The notes beneath the pieces were generated by a model. The model saw only the letters and a program-made list of their open reading frames with translations, was not told where the DNA came from and did not search any database. DNA of 64,000 bases from Candidatus Fermentibacteraceae bacterium (GTDB lineage Bacteria; Fermentibacterota; Fermentibacteria; Fermentibacterales; JCC-6), in NCBI GenBank assembly GCA_016744855.1, contig JADGDO010000001.1, positions 256,765 to 320,764 on the forward strand, in the 5' to 3' direction. Positions within the stretch are counted from its first letter, which is position 1; each line of letters starts with the position of its first letter. Below are positions 59,127 through 64,000 of this stretch, piece by piece. A program made the position numbers and the translations under genes.

Positions 59127-59144
59127 CTGTTATTAATTTCACAA
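59127..59144. promoter_or_regulatory. candidate Rex operator (degenerate left half, perfect TTCACAA right half)
   Basis: CTGTTATTAATTTCACAA against consensus TTGTGAA-N4-TTCACAA (11/14). Lies ~30-50 nt upstream of the rex start. Confidence 0.35.
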
Positions 59145-59244
59145 CACCTATATTCTAAGCAGGTTTCAACCTGTGTCAAGTCCTGTTCCATTGACTTTTC
59201 TTCCCTATGAGGCTAGAAATGCATTACCTTAAGGGAGGTGCTCT

Positions 59245-60177
59245 TTGAAGTGGCTCGTAATCGTCAACAGAAAAGCCGGAGGAGGTTCCGCAGGGAAACT
59301 GTGGAAGGAAACTTTATCTAGCCTGTTAAATGCAGGTATAAATTTTGTTTCTAAATTTACTGAAGCCCCTGCCCAGACAAGGCTCCTCGCTTCAAATGCG
59401 CTTTCTCTGGGATTTGACGGAATAATAGTATATGGTGGAGATGGTACTATTTCGGATGCATCGGCTGCTATTTCCTTTCTTGAAACAAAGCCTCTACTCG
59501 CTTTTATCCCTGCAGGCTCTGGAAATGACTGGATACGCTCTATTGGTTTTAATCCTCCTACTGTTCATTCATGCATAGAGGCAATTGCTGCTGGAAACAC
59601 AAAGGTAGTTGATGCTGGTATGTGTGTATGGCCTGGTGGAAGTCGATTTTTTCTGAATTCAGCAGGTATTGGTTTCGATGCACTGGTATTGAAGAGAGTG
59701 GTTTTCTTACGTCGATTTCTTCCACTAGGTCAATTGAGCTATCTTTTGACACTGATAGCCTCTGCGCTCTTTCCACCTCACTGGAGAGCAACTGTCTACT
59801 CTGACTCTAAACCTGTCTATAAGGGTGACTATCTTACACTTACAACTGGCGTGGGTAGATACTCCGGTGGCGGCATGCAACTCTCTCCAACTGCAGTTCC
59901 AGATGATGGCTTGCTGGACAGCGTAGTTCTTTCTCCAATGAACTTTTTTATAATGGCAAGACACATTGGAAAACTGTTTGATGGAACTCTTCATAGGACT
60001 AGATGGGCAACATCTGCTAAAGGGAGTGTTATAAGAATTGAGCCATCTAAACCGGGTGCTGTAATTCTTGAGCTTGATGGTGAAGTTGTAATTCTGAGTG
60101 AAAAATGTGAATTCATTGAACTGATTTCGATGCCCAATGAATTGAGAGTTATTGCCCCTGTTGCAGAACAAACCTAA
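59245..60177 (+). CDS. diacylglycerol/lipid kinase catalytic-domain protein (YegS/BmrU family)
   Basis: N-terminal WLVIVNRKAGGG and GGDGT motif. Confidence 0.75.
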   Translation: MKWLVIVNRKAGGGSAGKLWKETLSSLLNAGINFVSKFTEAPAQTRLLASNALSLGFDGIIVYGGDGTISDASAAISFLETKPLLAFIPAGSGNDWIRSIGFNPPTVHSCIEAIAAGNTKVVDAGMCVWPGGSRFFLNSAGIGFDALVLKRVVFLRRFLPLGQLSYLLTLIASALFPPHWRATVYSDSKPVYKGDYLTLTTGVGRYSGGGMQLSPTAVPDDGLLDSVVLSPMNFFIMARHIGKLFDGTLHRTRWATSAKGSVIRIEPSKPGAVILELDGEVVILSEKCEFIELISMPNELRVIAPVAEQT

Positions 60178-60802
60178 CAACGTCTTCTGGAGTCTCTGCG
60201 AACAACTCTGCTCCCGCCGCTTCCAATTGCTCTTTTGTTCTAAATCCCCAGAGCACGGACATACAAGCAATTCCGGCAGCTTCTGACGTCAGAACATCTG
60301 CTTCCCCATCGCCCACAAACAGTACACTCTCTGATGATATTGTGAATTCTGCCAGCATTTCGAGAAGAACATCAGCTGTTGGTTTTGCAGGTTTACCCGG
60401 CAGAGAGCCTCGGGTTCCGCGGAAAGCAGCAAAATTCAAATGGTCAGAAACAGACTTATCAACACCATTTTGAAGTTTGTTGCTTAGTACAAGCATTCCA
60501 ATTCCTCTTGCTGACAGTTTTTCAATCATCTCAGCAACCCCCGGGTAGAGGAGTGCTTTCGAATTCTTCATTTCAGCAAACCCTCTCCCCATCTCAAGAG
60601 AAGCTTCAGTTACTAAATTATCAGAAACACCGACATTTTTCAATAGGTATTCAACTCCATAGCCGACTTGGGCCTGTACCTGTTCTCTTGTTTTTTCAGG
60701 CAAACCAATTCTTCTTAAGATGGAATTAACTGAAGGCACAATATCGGGGATTGTGTTAAGCAGAGTACCATCAAGATCAAAAATTACCGTGTTATATGGC
60801 AT
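60149..60802 (-). CDS. HAD-superfamily hydrolase (phosphoglycolate phosphatase-like)
   Basis: Motif I VIFDLDGTLLNT. Motif IV GDGEAD. Confidence 0.8.
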   Translation of the reverse strand: MPYNTVIFDLDGTLLNTIPDIVPSVNSILRRIGLPEKTREQVQAQVGYGVEYLLKNVGVSDNLVTEASLEMGRGFAEMKNSKALLYPGVAEMIEKLSARGIGMLVLSNKLQNGVDKSVSDHLNFAAFRGTRGSLPGKPAKPTADVLLEMLAEFTISSESVLFVGDGEADVLTSEAAGIACMSVLWGFRTKEQLEAAGAELFAETPEDVVRFVLQQGQ

Positions 60803-61515
60803 TACTGAATCCCCTCAGAAGGTTGGAAATAGTTACTGCAGGTTTGCACAGCCTCTAAACGCAAAATTTCAGCCTCTTCAGCACTTATCTCTTCAGGTTT
60901 CCAGACGGAAGGTGCCAAAACATCGCAATCAAGAACTGTTATGGCAATAACACATGCAGCAATGTAGGTACCACAGGCAGAGGGATGTGCGCCGTCACCG
61001 GCGTAGGGATCGATTTCCTGGTGGAATCGTCTTATCCTCTCAAATGCCAAGCCACATGGAGCTACAGTCGAATTGTTAATAAAACCCATCCTGGAATATC
61101 CAAAGCGAAGCCCTTCAAGCATTATCGGATCATTTTTCCTTGCCCATGTCATTAAAAACACCGGTTCAGCACCGTATGAAGCTGTCAGCAGGGCCAGGCT
61201 GTCTCCATAGAGGTATGTAAGAGATGGATTTATCACAGGCATGCAGCTCTGCTCCTGAAAAATGACAGTATTCCAATCACCGTGTTCAATTTTCTCTAGA
61301 AGAGACTGATTGTTCCAATGATTTTCAAATGTGGCTCCACCGGAGGTGTGGGAATCTACAGAAAGGGTATCCGACTCCAATGAATCGTATATCTCTTTTA
61401 CATAAACCCACAAGCCGCCATTGCCAAAGGTATAACTGTTGCCAACAAATAGAATGTTGGGAGCTGAGATCAGTCCGAGTAAAACAAGTATTGGTGTCAT
61501 TTGCCACCCCCGCAA
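60802..61515 (-). CDS. SGNH/GDSL-like hydrolase, secreted
   Basis: Signal peptide. ILFVGNSYTFG block I with nucleophile Ser. Confidence 0.5.
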   Translation of the reverse strand: MRGWQMTPILVLLGLISAPNILFVGNSYTFGNGGLWVYVKEIYDSLESDTLSVDSHTSGGATFENHWNNQSLLEKIEHGDWNTVIFQEQSCMPVINPSLTYLYGDSLALLTASYGAEPVFLMTWARKNDPIMLEGLRFGYSRMGFINNSTVAPCGLAFERIRRFHQEIDPYAGDGAHPSACGTYIAACVIAITVLDCDVLAPSVWKPEEISAEEAEILRLEAVQTCSNYFQPSEGIQ

Positions 61516-62864
61516 ACAACTACCCTGAAACTGGACTCATCCGATTCGCTACAGACTCTTACCGAATAAACGCCGTTTGGAAGCTGCACTGATAGATTAA
61601 GAATATTTTCTCCCTGAGCAACAACCGATGATATTTCCTGAACAATTCTACCGGTTAAATCATGAACTAAAATATTAAGATATCCAGTTTCTAAAGCTTC
61701 TACACTCATGGATAGAAGAGCATTCCTTACAGGATTATTCATTATGCTGACTTCAAAATGAGTAGGAACTGCCTCCCCTGCACTCTGTGTCTCCAGCAGA
61801 CCGAGAGAGTCAGTTTTCAGCAATAATCCTTGATAAACATCTTCTGTAACACACCCGGATACAGCAAATCCTCCGTCGCTTACTGATGCAATCGAAAGGC
61901 CGTAATCCGGAGAGGAAGAACCGTGTTTCCTCTCCCAAAGGAGTTCGCCGGTTTCCGTATATCTGCACATTAACAGATCGGATCTGTTGGATTCGCTCAT
62001 CGGTAGGGAATTTGTCCATCCGCAAAGAACAAAATCACCTTCCGGGAGTGAAACGAGATCCGTTCCACGGTTCCAGCTTGTGCCGCTCAGCGATTCCATC
62101 CATAGTATTGAGAAAGCCTGGTCGAGCTTTATAAGCTGAGTTTCATAACACATGTTATTCATTTCCGTCATAGTATTTACAAGAACAAATACACCCCTGG
62201 AGTCTGCAACAATAGCCTCCGGCGAATACCTTCCGGTCTCAGGTAGTATTCTGTGAAGTTCCGGGTTCCCGCCTGACAGATCAAGCAAAAGCACGCACAA
62301 ATCGCTCTGCCATCCCGGTTGTTCAGAAGTTCCCAGGATATAAAGATTATCGTTAGAAACACTAATATCTCGAACACTGATATCTATCTCGGGGTAATCT
62401 GTTTCCCAGAGTATATTGCCATTTGAATCAATTCCGACTACCTCAATAAACCCTCTCCCACTGCTTGTAAGAAAAACAGTTGAGTTTTCTGTACAGAGAG
62501 TAACCTGAGACAGGTACTGTCCGGTAAAGGATGTCTCCCACTGCTCCGTTCCGGAATTATCGATAAAAACAAGCGTAGCCGTTTCATCACCTGTATCTGC
62601 GCAAAGCGTTACGATTCCATTTTGAAAATCTGCTGAAGCAACTGGTTCTCCGGAAAATGATGCAGCTTCTGAAGAAACCATTCCGTATTGATCCAGTTTA
62701 TAGATAACTGTCTGAGGAATCCCTCCCCAACCGGAGGATAGAGCTGCAACGGAAAGGTAACCTGTAGCGATTTCTCTTCCATAAACAACAGATTGAGCAC
62801 CCTCACTCTGCAGAACTGATGAAAAACAGGGAAGGCAAATGAGAGCACTCAATAGTTGTATCAT
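61497..62864 (-). CDS. secreted beta-propeller repeat protein with T9SS C-terminal sorting domain
   Basis: Signal peptide. The C-terminal ~85 aa Por CTD ends ...GVYSVRVCSESDESSFRVVVCGGGK. Confidence 0.55.
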   Translation of the reverse strand: MIQLLSALICLPCFSSVLQSEGAQSVVYGREIATGYLSVAALSSGWGGIPQTVIYKLDQYGMVSSEAASFSGEPVASADFQNGIVTLCADTGDETATLVFIDNSGTEQWETSFTGQYLSQVTLCTENSTVFLTSSGRGFIEVVGIDSNGNILWETDYPEIDISVRDISVSNDNLYILGTSEQPGWQSDLCVLLLDLSGGNPELHRILPETGRYSPEAIVADSRGVFVLVNTMTEMNNMCYETQLIKLDQAFSILWMESLSGTSWNRGTDLVSLPEGDFVLCGWTNSLPMSESNRSDLLMCRYTETGELLWERKHGSSSPDYGLSIASVSDGGFAVSGCVTEDVYQGLLLKTDSLGLLETQSAGEAVPTHFEVSIMNNPVRNALLSMSVEALETGYLNILVHDLTGRIVQEISSVVAQGENILNLSVQLPNGVYSVRVCSESDESSFRVVVCGGGK

Positions 62865-63988
62865 TATTCATTCACCTCAACCAGATATACTTTCGGCCAG
62901 TCTTCAGGATCAGAATCATAAGCAAGGAAACCATATGGAGAAATCATGTAATCAGCTCTTTCAGCAATAGACCCGTCAGGTATTGCAATGTTCAACAGCT
63001 CACCTTCCGGTGAATAGACTCTAAAATAAGGTGTTCCGGTGTCTCCCATAGCAACCCAAATTCTTCCCTGGTTGTCTACACCCAACCCATCAATAATAGT
63101 GCGGTATTCATCGGTTCTTGGCTCTCTGTTTCTCTCTATTGAACTACCCTCGTCACTGATACTCATTGCGATTGATAGTTGGTCTTCCAGAAGCTCTTCT
63201 TCTGAGAGTGGAATTCTATCCCATACCTCCTCGATGCGGAAAATTTCATCGCCCTCGGGAGAGAAAGAGACAACTTTAAAAATAGAATCCGATTTCTCTG
63301 CAAGAATTGCTTCACCGTTCCCTCCTCCCGCCATACTCAATTGTGTGCTGGAGCTAAGCATCCCACCCTGCATATCGAGTAACTGACTCTCATAAACAAC
63401 TGAGGGTTCTGATGAGTCACTGAAAGAAGCAAACATCATTTCAGCCCGAGGACCTTCTTCCCCCTCAAAATCCAGCATAAGATGCTGAGCAAGGTAGGAA
63501 TCGGTAACAGTACCTGTAATACGGGTGGGGGGCATCATGCCGAAATCTGTGATTTCATCTCTGAAAGCTCCATCGGAATTGTATCTGATTACTTTTGAGC
63601 CGGCCATATCAGATAAAACATATCCGTTCCCGGTTACTGCCATTCCTAACGGCATCTGGTATTCACCGGGGCCCTGACCGCTGTTACCTATTTTCAAGAG
63701 TTCTTCACCGGTTGGATCAAATATTTGCAAAGTGGCTTTTTGCGCATCTAACACTGCAATAGTCCCATCGGGAGTGTATGCAGAGGCAACAAGAAATGCA
63801 AAAACTAGAGATTCCTCCCCCATTTCAACGCCGATTGTATCGACAGCAGTTAGGTAAAGAGTGTCAACAGCAGCTAATTCGGCCTTCTCTGAGATGACTG
63901 CCGCTTCCTCACCACCGCAAGCTACGAGAAGAAGAATTAGAGCTGACAGAAGAACAATACTTTTCATTTCGCACATCCTTTTCTTCAA
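62864..63988 (-). CDS. lipoprotein, 6-bladed beta-propeller (NHL/TolB-like) repeat protein
   Basis: Lipobox LLLVACG. Repeated blade-like units. Confidence 0.45.
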   Translation of the reverse strand: MKKRMCEMKSIVLLSALILLLVACGGEEAAVISEKAELAAVDTLYLTAVDTIGVEMGEESLVFAFLVASAYTPDGTIAVLDAQKATLQIFDPTGEELLKIGNSGQGPGEYQMPLGMAVTGNGYVLSDMAGSKVIRYNSDGAFRDEITDFGMMPPTRITGTVTDSYLAQHLMLDFEGEEGPRAEMMFASFSDSSEPSVVYESQLLDMQGGMLSSSTQLSMAGGGNGEAILAEKSDSIFKVVSFSPEGDEIFRIEEVWDRIPLSEEELLEDQLSIAMSISDEGSSIERNREPRTDEYRTIIDGLGVDNQGRIWVAMGDTGTPYFRVYSPEGELLNIAIPDGSIAERADYMISPYGFLAYDSDPEDWPKVYLVEVNE

Positions 63989-64000
63989 GGTGTTTTCATG

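Noticed and set aside
1-64000. CRISPR arrays, IS elements, integrases, phage genes
   Set aside because: No regularly spaced direct repeats were seen in intergenic regions. There are no transposase, integrase or phage structural protein signatures. The tRNA-Leu is not flanked by an integrase.

Overview
This 64 kb window is bacterial chromosome, roughly mid-40s % GC by eye. It most likely comes from an anaerobic FCB-type lineage. Four predicted secreted proteins end in T9SS/Por-type C-terminal sorting domains. A rex-hydC-hydB-hydA [FeFe]-hydrogenase operon, msbA and an LPS heptosyltransferase are present.

Regulatory genes are very dense: 7 sensor histidine kinases (HKs, most hybrid), 3 stand-alone response regulators (RRs), a sigma-54 activator and an ECF sigma/anti-sigma pair. 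The remaining content is:
- a 5'-truncated archaeal-type GatE-like amidotransferase gene;
- preQ0/queuosine genes folE2-queD-queE-queC nested inside a two-component (TCS) gene train, with queF elsewhere;
- a ~10 kb glycan-assembly cluster of GT2/GT4 glycosyltransferases, polytopic GT-C-like membrane proteins and a polyprenol-phosphate sugar synthase;
- mutS;
- an operon RR -> unorthodox PAS-rich HK (2 REC + Hpt) -> REC-GspE-REC secretion-type ATPase -> C25 (gingipain-like) peptidase;
- secG-tRNA-Leu;
- a sensory [FeFe]-hydrogenase-like domain fused directly to a histidine kinase, downstream of rex-hydCBA, followed by further RR/HK genes.

No CRISPR arrays, rRNA genes or recognisable mobile elements were seen. 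Everything here rests on reading the translations and DNA by eye; no searches were run.
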